Source of the DNA: Candidatus Eiseniibacteriota bacterium
GTDB taxonomy: Bacteria; Eisenbacteria; RBG-16-71-46; DASYSL01
DNA length: 24,079 bases
Assembly (NCBI GenBank): GCA_031431875.1
Contig: JANPEF010000077.1
Span: 1 to 24,079 of the forward strand
Reading direction: 5' to 3'
Part shown: piece by piece, positions 1 to 8,567 of the stretch
Layout of the letters: each line of letters begins with the position of its first letter
Position numbering within the stretch: position 1 is the stretch's first letter
Made by a program: the position numbers and the translations under genes
The notes under the pieces: model-generated
Told to the model about the DNA's origin: nothing
The model's database searches: none
Seen by the model: only the letters and a program-made list of their open reading frames with translations

Positions 1-1131
1 GTGACTCCGCTGCGCATCCTGCACGTCGACACGGGGCGCACGTGGCGCGGCGGCCAGGCGCAGGTCGACCTCCTGGTCGGCGGCCTCGCCGCGCGCGGGC
101 ACGGACAACTCGTCGCCGCGCCGGCAGGCCCGCTGGCGGAGCGCCTCGCCGCCCGCGGCGTCGCAGTCGTGCGCTTCGCCCCGCACGGCGACCTCGATTG
201 GCCAGCCGGGCTCGTCCTCGCGGCGCGCGCCCGCGCCTTCGCCCCGGATGTGGTCCACCTGCACGATGCGCGGGCACACGCGCTGGGCTGGTTCGCGGCC
301 CGCGCCACGGGTGCGGCCTGCGTTGTCTCGCGCCGGGTCGCCTTCGGCGCGACGGTGCGCCTGCCGCATGCGTTCAAGTACACGCGCCTGCCGATCGATC
401 GCTTCCTTGCCTTGTCCGGGCCGGTGCGGGACGAACTCGTCGCACTCGGCGTGCCGGCAGAGCGGATCGAGCTCGTCCCCGACGCCGTCGATGTGGCGGC
501 GGTCGGGCGCGCGGTGGTTGCGGCGCGAGCCGACGGCTCGGCGGCGACCCGGCGCGCGGCCACGGGCGCGGGCGCGGGTGCGTTCGTCGTCGGCACGATC
601 GCTGCGTTCACACGCGAAAAGGGCCAGGACGTGCTTCTCGCGGCGGCCGGTCGCTCTGCCGCGCGGCCGCACGTGATCCTGCATGGCGCCGGGCCCGAGG
701 AAGCGACGCTACGCGCATTCGCCACCCGCGCCCCGCGCCCGGTCGGCGTGGCCTTCGTCTCCGACGACGAGCCATTCGTGACCCTGGCGGCGCTCGACGT
801 CCTCGTCGTGCCATCCCGCGCCGAGGGTCTGGGATCGATCGCCCTTGTCGCGCAGGCGGCCGGCGTGCCGGTGATCGCGGCAGCGATCGGTGGCTTGCCC
901 GAGATCGTGCACGACGGACGGACGGGCCTGCTCGTCCCGCCGGGGGACCCGGAAGCACTCGCCGCCGCGCTCGATCGCGTCCACGCCGAGCCGGCAGCGG
1001 CCCGCGCCCGGGCCGAGGCGGCGCGCGCGGCGGTCGTCGCCTACGACGTGGCGACCATCACGGCGCGCACGGAATCGGCGTACGCGGCGGCGCGGGCGGG
1101 CCGGGCGGCCCTCCCCCCGCGGTTGCGTTGA
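1..1131 (+). CDS. Glycosyltransferase family 4 (GT-B fold)
   Basis: N-terminal [34 protein letters not shown] and C-terminal PSRAEGLG...GVPVIA...[25 protein letters not shown] are typical of GT4. The GTG start is at the window edge, so upstream context is not visible. Confidence 0.9.
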   Translation: MTPLRILHVDTGRTWRGGQAQVDLLVGGLAARGHGQLVAAPAGPLAERLAARGVAVVRFAPHGDLDWPAGLVLAARARAFAPDVVHLHDARAHALGWFAARATGAACVVSRRVAFGATVRLPHAFKYTRLPIDRFLALSGPVRDELVALGVPAERIELVPDAVDVAAVGRAVVAARADGSAATRRAATGAGAGAFVVGTIAAFTREKGQDVLLAAAGRSAARPHVILHGAGPEEATLRAFATRAPRPVGVAFVSDDEPFVTLAALDVLVVPSRAEGLGSIALVAQAAGVPVIAAAIGGLPEIVHDGRTGLLVPPGDPEALAAALDRVHAEPAAARARAEAARAAVVAYDVATITARTESAYAAARAGRAALPPRLR

Positions 1132-1157
1132 CCGGGCGTCGAACGCTCTGCTAGGGT
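1128..1157 (+). promoter_or_regulatory. Putative sigma70-type promoter upstream of rseP
   Basis: TTGACC (1128-1133), 18-nt spacer, TAGGGT (1152-1157), with an extended -10 TG at 1149-1150. Lies in the largest intergenic gap of the window. Confidence 0.45.
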
Positions 1158-1200
1158 CAGGCCGAATCCGCCATCCGACCCCCGCGCCCGAGGGACCCAC

Positions 1201-2574
1201 GTGAACTGGAACATCATCCTGCCGGGACTCTTCCTCCTTGGCATCCTCGTCTTCCTGCATGAACTCGGGCATTTCCTCGTGGCCAAGTGGTTGCGCGTCC
1301 CCGTCTTCAAGTTCTCGCTCGGGTTTGGTCCGGCGCTCCTCCGTTTCACCCGGGGCGAGACGCAGTACCAGCTCTCGGCGCTCCCGCTCGGCGGCTACGT
1401 TTCGATGGCCGAGGAGACGAAGGACGCCGAGGGCAAGGACGACCTCGTCGACCGCTTCAGCGAGCAGCCGTGGTGGAAGCGCTTCGTGATTGCGCTCGCC
1501 GGGCCGGGGGCGAACTTCGTCACCGGGTATGTCGCGCTCATCCTCATGGCGCTGGTCGGCGTCCAACTGCCCGACTACGACGCAGTGCTCGGCCCGATCG
1601 CGGCCGATTCGCCGGCCGCGCGCGCCGGGCTGATCGAGGGAACGCGGATCGCGCGGGTGGGGGACCAGCCGGTCGCGTCGTTCCAGGACCTGGCGACGAA
1701 ATTGGCGGACGTCCCGGCGGACCGCGCGCTGTCGCTCACGATCGAGGCTCCGGACGGCGTCACGCGCACGATCGCCGTGCCGCCGACGGAACGTGCTGCC
1801 GTCCTCGGCTCGCTCGCTCCGCCGGAGGCGCCCAGCACGGTCGGCAATGTCGTGCTCGGCAACCCGGCGTACGCGGCGGGGCTTGCCGCGAACGACCGGA
1901 TCGTCGCCATCGACGGGAAGCCGGTCACCCGCTGGCGCGAACTGACGACGGCGATCACCGCCAGCCCGGGTGTCCCCTTGCGCTTCACCGTCGAGCGGGC
2001 GACTCGCACGTTCGAGGTGTCGATCACGCCGCTGGGTCCGCCCACGCCGGGGGCATGGGAAGGCGGTCGCATCGGCATCGAGGCGCCGCGGGTGCGCACC
2101 TACCTCGAGCGCTCGAGCTTCCCCGAGGCGGTCGCCAATGCGTGGCCGGCGACGAAGGCGCTGGTGACACAGACGTTCGCCGGCATCCAGGGCTTGCTGC
2201 TACGGCCTTTCGCCTCGGCCGGGTCTCTCGGTGGACCGCAGATGATCGTCCAGATCGCCGGCCAGAGTGCTCAGCGCGGGCTCGGCGACTTCATCTACGT
2301 CCTCGCGGCGATCAGCTTCGCCATCATGGCGTTCAACCTGATCCCCATGCCGGTGCTCGATGGCGGCCACCTGTTCCTCGCCCTGATCGAGGCCGTGCGC
2401 CGTCGTCCGCCCGCCGCCTGGTTCACCAATGCCTATCAGCGCGTGGGCCTGGTCGTGATGGGCAGCTTCATCGTGTTCGTGTTGTACAACGACCTCTCCC
2501 GCTCCATCCAGCATCGGGCCGCCGTGCAACGGAACAACCAGGCGCCCCCGGGTGAAGTCGCCCCCAACCGTTAG
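1201..2574 (+). CDS. rseP: RIP metalloprotease RseP (peptidase M50, two PDZ domains)
   Basis: HELGH zinc motif, FSLGFGP, LPLGGYV, AGPGANF, two PDZ-like segments (DSPAARAGL, GNPAYAAGL) and NLIPMPVLDGG. Confidence 0.95.
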   Translation: MNWNIILPGLFLLGILVFLHELGHFLVAKWLRVPVFKFSLGFGPALLRFTRGETQYQLSALPLGGYVSMAEETKDAEGKDDLVDRFSEQPWWKRFVIALAGPGANFVTGYVALILMALVGVQLPDYDAVLGPIAADSPAARAGLIEGTRIARVGDQPVASFQDLATKLADVPADRALSLTIEAPDGVTRTIAVPPTERAAVLGSLAPPEAPSTVGNVVLGNPAYAAGLAANDRIVAIDGKPVTRWRELTTAITASPGVPLRFTVERATRTFEVSITPLGPPTPGAWEGGRIGIEAPRVRTYLERSSFPEAVANAWPATKALVTQTFAGIQGLLLRPFASAGSLGGPQMIVQIAGQSAQRGLGDFIYVLAAISFAIMAFNLIPMPVLDGGHLFLALIEAVRRRPPAAWFTNAYQRVGLVVMGSFIVFVLYNDLSRSIQHRAAVQRNNQAPPGEVAPNR

Positions 2575-4519
2575 AACTGCTTGGTTGACGACTCTGCGCG
2601 GTCGCGCCCTGCGTCGCGCCGTCGCCGCCGTCGCGGTCGTCGTCGTCTCGGTCGCGCTTGCGTCCACGGCGCGTGCGGCGGACGACGAGCTGCTCGGCGC
2701 GCTCAAGCGCGTCGAGAAGGTGATTATCGTCGGGAACGAGGCAATCGGCGCCGGCGACCTCAAGAAAGTCCTCAAGACCGGCGACCGCGACTTCCTCGGA
2801 CTGCGCGGCCTGCCTCTGTTCCGCCCCGACTTCCTGCGCGCCGACGTCACCGCCCTGCAGACCTACTATCGACGCCACGGCTTCCTCGACGCCGTCGCGG
2901 CGGCCGTCGCCGACTCGGGCTCGCGACCGGACCGCGTCGTTGTGACGTTCCAGGTCGTCGAGGGCCCGCTCGTCCTCGTGCGCTCGGTGATGATCGACTC
3001 GACGACGCTGTTCACGCGCAAGGAACTCCGGTCGATCGTGAAGGTGCAGGCCGGGCGCCCGTTCGACCCGGTGCAGGTTCCGCTCGACCGCGGCTTGCTG
3101 GCCAATCGCTATGCCGAGCGCGGACACTTCCCGTCGATCGAGACGACGGTCGAACCGGACGGAGACCGCGTCGATGTCCGCTTCATCATTCTCGACGGGC
3201 CGCCGTACCACGTCCGCCGCGTGACGGTGGCTGGAGTCGCGAAGGTCGATACCGCGGCCGTGGTGCGCGAACTCCTGCTCGAGCCCGGGGACCTGTACCG
3301 GCGCGACCGCCTGGTCGAAAGCACCGAGCGACTGTCCGGCAGCGGCCTCTTCACGTCCGTCGAGATCGAGCCCGAACAGGTCGACTCGAGCCGGGCACAG
3401 GTCGACCTCCACGTGTCCGTCCGCGAACGCAAGCCGCGCTGGCTCGAAGGCGGCGTCGGCACGGGCACGGACGAGATCGTGCGCCTGGGCGGCCAATGGG
3501 GACACCGCAACCTGTCGGGGGACGGCAAGTCGCTCACGGCGACCGCGACGTTCGGCTGGAACGGCGGCGCGAGGGTTCGCTCGCGCGCCGAGCTCGCATT
3601 CGTCGAGCCGTGGCTGCTGCGCACACGCACCCGCGGGCGCGTCGCGGTCTCGGCCGCACGCGAGTTCGACGAGTACGCGGCAGGCACGTACATCCAGGAG
3701 GGCTACGGGCTGTCGTTCGGGCTCGCCCGCGACTTCTTCGCCGCGAACTCCCGGCTCACCCTGACGTTCGACAACACGTGGACCACGATGACCAAGATCA
3801 TCGACCAGGCGCCGGGGGACACAAGCACGTTCTTCCTTGCGCCGTACCTGCCGCGGCTGACGATCGCCTTCGACCAGGACCACCGCGACCAGCCGCTCCT
3901 GCCGACCAGAGGCGCCCTCAACCACCTGAGCGCCCAACTCGCGGGGGACCCCAAGGCCGAGGCGGGCTGGTACGCGAAGCTCGAGGCCTCGACGGGGCGG
4001 CACGTACCGGTCGGGACGGGCTCGACGATCGCCCTCGGCTTGCGTGCCGGCATCATCCGCCCGATCGGTCATGGTCCCGGCGGCCCCGAGGGCACGCTCG
4101 CGCGCGTGCCGGTGACGGATCGTTACCGCGTCGGCGGGACGTCGAACGTGCGCGGCTACCACGAGAACGGCATCGACGGCGGCGGCGACGGCGGCATCCT
4201 GCTCTCCGTCATCAATCTCGAGTACCGCCGCCGCGTCCGCGGTGCCTTCGGCCTCACCTTCTTCGTCGACGGAGGCAACGTCTGGCGCGATCCGTCGCAC
4301 ATCCGACTGGCGGGCTTCTTCACTCCGACCGGAGTCGACCGCACGTACGGCCTCGACGACATGCACTGGGCCGCCGGCGTGGGCGTGCACCTGGTCACGC
4401 CGATCGGCCCGCTGCGGCTCGACTACGCCCACCGCCTCGCGGCCGACGAGAGCGACCTCCTCGCCGGGCGCGCCCTCGAACGCGATGCCTTCCACTTCGC
4501 TATCGGGTTCATGTTCTGA
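2552..4519 (+). CDS. Omp85-family outer membrane protein with three POTRA domains (TamA-like)
   Basis: Signal-peptide-like N terminus (RRAVAAVAVVVVSVALASTARA). Three POTRA-like repeats (YRRHGFLDA..VVEGP; YAERGHF..ILDGP; LSGSGLFTSV..VRERK). Barrel motifs GGTSNVRGY and TPIGPLRLDYA, terminal FHFAIGFMF. Directly upstream of tamB. Start uncertain (GTG 2552 or TTG 2585). Confidence 0.88.
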   Translation: MKSPPTVRTAWLTTLRGRALRRAVAAVAVVVVSVALASTARAADDELLGALKRVEKVIIVGNEAIGAGDLKKVLKTGDRDFLGLRGLPLFRPDFLRADVTALQTYYRRHGFLDAVAAAVADSGSRPDRVVVTFQVVEGPLVLVRSVMIDSTTLFTRKELRSIVKVQAGRPFDPVQVPLDRGLLANRYAERGHFPSIETTVEPDGDRVDVRFIILDGPPYHVRRVTVAGVAKVDTAAVVRELLLEPGDLYRRDRLVESTERLSGSGLFTSVEIEPEQVDSSRAQVDLHVSVRERKPRWLEGGVGTGTDEIVRLGGQWGHRNLSGDGKSLTATATFGWNGGARVRSRAELAFVEPWLLRTRTRGRVAVSAAREFDEYAAGTYIQEGYGLSFGLARDFFAANSRLTLTFDNTWTTMTKIIDQAPGDTSTFFLAPYLPRLTIAFDQDHRDQPLLPTRGALNHLSAQLAGDPKAEAGWYAKLEASTGRHVPVGTGSTIALGLRAGIIRPIGHGPGGPEGTLARVPVTDRYRVGGTSNVRGYHENGIDGGGDGGILLSVINLEYRRRVRGAFGLTFFVDGGNVWRDPSHIRLAGFFTPTGVDRTYGLDDMHWAAGVGVHLVTPIGPLRLDYAHRLAADESDLLAGRALERDAFHFAIGFMF

Positions 4520-4526
4520 TGGAGCC

Positions 4527-7500
4527 ATGGACGACCCGCGCGTGACCCCGACGACCCCGGTCCCCGGTGGACTCGGCCGCCTGCTGCGCCGGCTCGGCGG
4601 CGGCGCGGTCTGGTTCCTGGGCATCGCCGTCGTCGTCGTTGCGGGAGCGGTCCTCGGGCTCATCGGTCTTTCGCGGCGGCCCGAGTCGGCGCGCTTCGCC
4701 GTCCAGTTCGTCAACCAGGCTCTCACCGGCGCCACCGACCTCCGGCTCACCGCCGAGCGCACCCTGTTGACCGAGAACGGGGCGCGGATCCTGCGGCCGG
4801 TCCTGTCCGTGGTCGACTCGACGGGGAAGGCCTACCCGTTGCTTACCGCCCGAGAGTTGGCCATCGTTTCGACTTGGGGCGGCCTGGTGTTCGGCGGCGG
4901 GGATGCCTTTCACCTCGATCTGCGGGATGCGCGCCTCTTCCTGCGTCGCCGCCCCGACGGCTCGTACCTGCTGCCGGCGTTCCACGGGACCGGGCGGCCG
5001 CCCTCGCCGGGCGCGCGTCTCGACCTCGAGCTGCGGATCAACAACCTCGCCGTGATCGCGCTCGACGGGTTGGGCCCGGACGCGCGCGCCGAGACGCTCG
5101 TCGCCGGCGCGGGGGGCGGCATCCGGACGCAGCAGCGCGGTTCGCGCTGGGAGGTCGAGGCGCTCGCGCTGCGGGGTCGCGCGCCGGCGGCGGAGCTGGT
5201 CCGCGCGAAGCTCGACGGGCATGCCCGCTACGACGGCGGCGCACTCGAGATCACGCGGCTGCGGCTCGACACCGATGGCGGATGGATCACCGGGACCGGA
5301 AAGGGGCGCGTCTCGCCGGCGCTCGACATGGCGGGCAGTCTCGCCGTCGGCGAGCTGACGTGGAGCCACCTCGCCCGCTGGACGGGGCAGGAGGCGCTCG
5401 ACCTGCCGGGCGGCATCGCCGGCACGAGCACGTGGGGCGCACACGGCGATTCCCTCGCGTTTGGCGGGGGACGTTACGACGTGCTGTGGCGCGACGAGAC
5501 GATGACCGTGGGCTTCGACGGAAGCCTGGCGCAGGGCCGCGTCGCGCTCGACGACGCGACGCTGGCGTGGCGCGAGACGGTGTTTCGCGGGCGGTTCGAC
5601 CTGGACACGAAGAGCGGGGGGGCGTGGGCGATCGACGGTCGCCTGGCGGGCCTCGACCTCGCCGAGTTGCCGCGCCTGTGGCCCCTGCCGGAGCTCGACG
5701 CCTCGCTGCTCGACGGCGACGTGCGCCTCGTTCACGACGCGCGCGGGTACACGGGCCTCGTGCGTGACGCCGATGGCATGTGGCGTGACCTGCCGGTGCG
5801 CGACCTGCGCGGCACGTGGGCCATGGCGGAGAAAGTGCAGACGATCGATGCGCGCACGCAGCTGGGCGGTGGGAGCGTCGGCAGCCGGGGGACGATCGGC
5901 CCCGCCGGAATCGACCTGGTCGTCGCGGCCTCCGACATCGATGCCGCGGCGATTCCGCCTGCGACGTGGGCGGCCCTCGGGGTGACCACGCCGCCCGCGG
6001 TGCGCTTCGAGGCCGTCTCGGCGCGGCTCGTCGGTCCGAGCAGGACGCCGCGCGTGACCGGGCAGGCGCGCCTCGCGGACCTCGCGATCGAGGGCGCGAC
6101 GATGGGGGCGGCCGACCTCGACTTCGACGCGGTCCTCGGCGCGGCGCCCGCGGGCGGCATCACGCTGGCCGGTCGCGATGCGCGGATCGGGCCGGCCCGC
6201 GCGGACACCGTGACGGCGCGCGCGTCGTTCAGCGGCAGCACGATCGGGATCGAGAACTTCCGCGCCACCCGGGGCGACTCCGTGCTCGCGCTGGGGGGAC
6301 GCGTCGTGCGCGACGGCGACGCCTGGGACGTGACGGTCGATCGTGCCACGTGGGATGTCGGCGAGGCGCTCGCCCTCGAGACCGAGGGGCCGCTGCGGGT
6401 TCGCTTCGAACCCGGAGGCCGCGTTGAAGTCCTGCGGGCCCACGTCCTGTCGAACGCAGGCTCGGTTTTCGCGTCCGGCACGTGGGGCGGGGAGAGCGGG
6501 GAGAACGACCTGGTGCTCGAGCTCGAGACGCTCGATCTCGAGTCGATGCTCGGGCCGTTCATGCCCGCTGCCGACGCGCGCGGCATCGTCACGGGGCGGG
6601 CGCGCATCGAGGGCGCCGGCAAGGGCGCGGTCTACACGATCGACCTCGAGGGGCGCGACCTGCGCTGGCGACGCCTCGACGCGCGGCACGTCATCGCCCG
6701 CGGACGTCTGACCCAGTCGACGTGGCGAGTGGAGCAGCTCGACCTCGACACCGGCCGCGGGCGACTGGGCTTCACCGGCGACCTGGCGTGGGCCACGCCG
6801 CCGGCGTTCGACGCCGACGCAGCGGGCTGGAACCGGGCGCTCACCGACGCGCCGCGCTGGCATGGTGAGCTCGTCGCCGACAGCCTGGCCATGGACCAGC
6901 TCGCGGACTGGTTCCCGCAGCTCGGCGGCTGGCGCGGCGTGCTCGATCTCAAGTGCCTTCTCGACGGCCGCCCGGCCTCGCCCGTCGTGCGCGTTGCGGG
7001 CGCAATCCATCGTCCGGGATGGGGGCAGGCGACGCTCGACGATTTCGACGTCGACCTGCGCTATCACGACGAGTTGGTGACCGTGCACCACCTGGCCATG
7101 ACCGGCGCCGACAGCCTCGGTCCGTCGGTGACGGGCTCGATGCCGTTGCGCCTGGGCTGGGGCGTGCAAAGCGACGAGCGCCTGCCCGACCGTCCCATGG
7201 AGATCGACGCCTTCGCTCGCGGTGTCGACCTGTCGATCGTGCCCCTGCTGCTGCCGCAGATCGCGGCGGCGGGAGGCAGGTTCGATTTCGACGCGCGCCT
7301 GACCGGCACGCCGCGCCAGCCGGAGCTGGCCGGCGCCATCACCATCCGCGACGGTATCGTCCGGCCTTCCTCGCGCGAGGAGGTGCTGACCGACGTCGAT
7401 GGGCGCGTCGTGCTGCAGGGAGACAGGCTCATCGTCGAGAGCCTGACCGCGCGCCAGGGCCAGCGTGGGCGGCTCGTCGTGAAGCCCGGCGGCGCCGCGA

Positions 7501-8546
7501 CGATCCGGGACCTGCGGATCGTCGACTATGCGCTCGACGTGCAGCTCGACAAGATCACCGGGTTCTCGAGCGGCGAGTACGTGATCGTGCTCGACGCCGC
7601 GCTGAAGGTGACCGACGGGATCGACGCGGGTGGGCCGCTGCCGCTGCCGCACATCACCGGAACCGCCCGCGTCGACGAGGCGCTGTTCCTCTACAACTTC
7701 GCCGACCCGACGCGACAGCAGATGACCCAGGGCCCGCTCGTCCTGCCGCCGTGGACTTACGCGATCGAAGTCGATGCCGACAAGAACGTCTGGTATCGGC
7801 CCACCGATGCGAACATCGAGGGTCGGCTCACCGACTTCCGCGTGATCCAGGACGCCGATCGTTTCCGCATGCTGGGCCAGGTCGAGGCGCTCCGCGGTCG
7901 CTACTACTTCCTCGGCAACGGCTTCGACCTCGAGTCGGGCAGCCTGTTCTTCGACGCGGCACAGGAGATGGACCCGACGGTCGACGCCGTCCTGACCACG
8001 GAAAAGGTGCTCGACACCAGCCAGTCGAACAGCACGCGCGAGACGATCACGCTGTCGGTCACCGGTCGCGCCCAGTCGCCCCGGGTGACGTTGACGTCCA
8101 GCCCGAGCGCCCTGGCGCAGGGGGAGATCGTCCGCCTGCTCACCTACGGCCAGATCAAGAACAGCGGGGGCACGGCGCTGGTCGCCGCCGGATCGCAGAT
8201 GCTGGCCCGGCAATTGTCACAGGAAGTCCCCGAAGTCGAGAAGTACCTGGGGACGATCGAGGTCGGCCAGCGCTACAGCGAAGGCAAGGACGACTACGCG
8301 TCCCAGGCATTCACCACCGTGGGGCTCACGCGCTACTTCACCAATGACCTGCTGGTGCGCTACTCTCAAGTCGTCGGGGACGTGAGCCAGACGGACGCGG
8401 TCGACTACCAGGACCTGACCGCAGAGTACCGGCTGAATCGCCTTCTTTTCCTGAGCGGACAGGTGACACGACGCCGGGGCGTGCTGATCACCTCGCAGGA
8501 CCAGACGATCTACAACCTCGACGTGCGCGCCCGTCACGAGTACTGA
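4527..8546 (+). CDS. tamB: Translocation/assembly module TamB (AsmA-like, DUF490 C-terminus)
   Basis: About 1339 aa from ATG 4527 (GGAG just upstream). Single N-terminal hydrophobic anchor, long glycine-rich beta-repeat body (LDGRPASPVVRVAG, LTGTPRQPELAGAITI) and a DUF490-like end (GRYYFLGNGFDLESGSLFF..DPTVDA..LSVTGRAQSPRVTLTSSP..EIVRLLTYG) with terminal Tyr. Confidence 0.88.
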   Translation: MDDPRVTPTTPVPGGLGRLLRRLGGGAVWFLGIAVVVVAGAVLGLIGLSRRPESARFAVQFVNQALTGATDLRLTAERTLLTENGARILRPVLSVVDSTGKAYPLLTARELAIVSTWGGLVFGGGDAFHLDLRDARLFLRRRPDGSYLLPAFHGTGRPPSPGARLDLELRINNLAVIALDGLGPDARAETLVAGAGGGIRTQQRGSRWEVEALALRGRAPAAELVRAKLDGHARYDGGALEITRLRLDTDGGWITGTGKGRVSPALDMAGSLAVGELTWSHLARWTGQEALDLPGGIAGTSTWGAHGDSLAFGGGRYDVLWRDETMTVGFDGSLAQGRVALDDATLAWRETVFRGRFDLDTKSGGAWAIDGRLAGLDLAELPRLWPLPELDASLLDGDVRLVHDARGYTGLVRDADGMWRDLPVRDLRGTWAMAEKVQTIDARTQLGGGSVGSRGTIGPAGIDLVVAASDIDAAAIPPATWAALGVTTPPAVRFEAVSARLVGPSRTPRVTGQARLADLAIEGATMGAADLDFDAVLGAAPAGGITLAGRDARIGPARADTVTARASFSGSTIGIENFRATRGDSVLALGGRVVRDGDAWDVTVDRATWDVGEALALETEGPLRVRFEPGGRVEVLRAHVLSNAGSVFASGTWGGESGENDLVLELETLDLESMLGPFMPAADARGIVTGRARIEGAGKGAVYTIDLEGRDLRWRRLDARHVIARGRLTQSTWRVEQLDLDTGRGRLGFTGDLAWATPPAFDADAAGWNRALTDAPRWHGELVADSLAMDQLADWFPQLGGWRGVLDLKCLLDGRPASPVVRVAGAIHRPGWGQATLDDFDVDLRYHDELVTVHHLAMTGADSLGPSVTGSMPLRLGWGVQSDERLPDRPMEIDAFARGVDLSIVPLLLPQIAAAGGRFDFDARLTGTPRQPELAGAITIRDGIVRPSSREEVLTDVDGRVVLQGDRLIVESLTARQGQRGRLVVKPGGAATIRDLRIVDYALDVQLDKITGFSSGEYVIVLDAALKVTDGIDAGGPLPLPHITGTARVDEALFLYNFADPTRQQMTQGPLVLPPWTYAIEVDADKNVWYRPTDANIEGRLTDFRVIQDADRFRMLGQVEALRGRYYFLGNGFDLESGSLFFDAAQEMDPTVDAVLTTEKVLDTSQSNSTRETITLSVTGRAQSPRVTLTSSPSALAQGEIVRLLTYGQIKNSGGTALVAAGSQMLARQLSQEVPEVEKYLGTIEVGQRYSEGKDDYASQAFTTVGLTRYFTNDLLVRYSQVVGDVSQTDAVDYQDLTAEYRLNRLLFLSGQVTRRRGVLITSQDQTIYNLDVRARHEY

Positions 8547-8567
8547 GGGCGCCGGGAGTTCACATCG

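Noticed and set aside
2572..2587. TAGAAC 7 nt before TTG 2585 as a possible leaderless promoter for the TamA-like gene
   Set aside because: It lacks the conserved final T of TAnnnT, has no clear -35, and TTG is a poor leaderless start.
4509..8213. Very long minus-strand ORFs (1234 aa here; also 2468-4762, 9921-12128, 11704-14109, 19747-22065)
   Set aside because: Antisense shadows of real + strand genes in high-GC DNA. They have no recognisable motifs and lie opposite well-supported genes.
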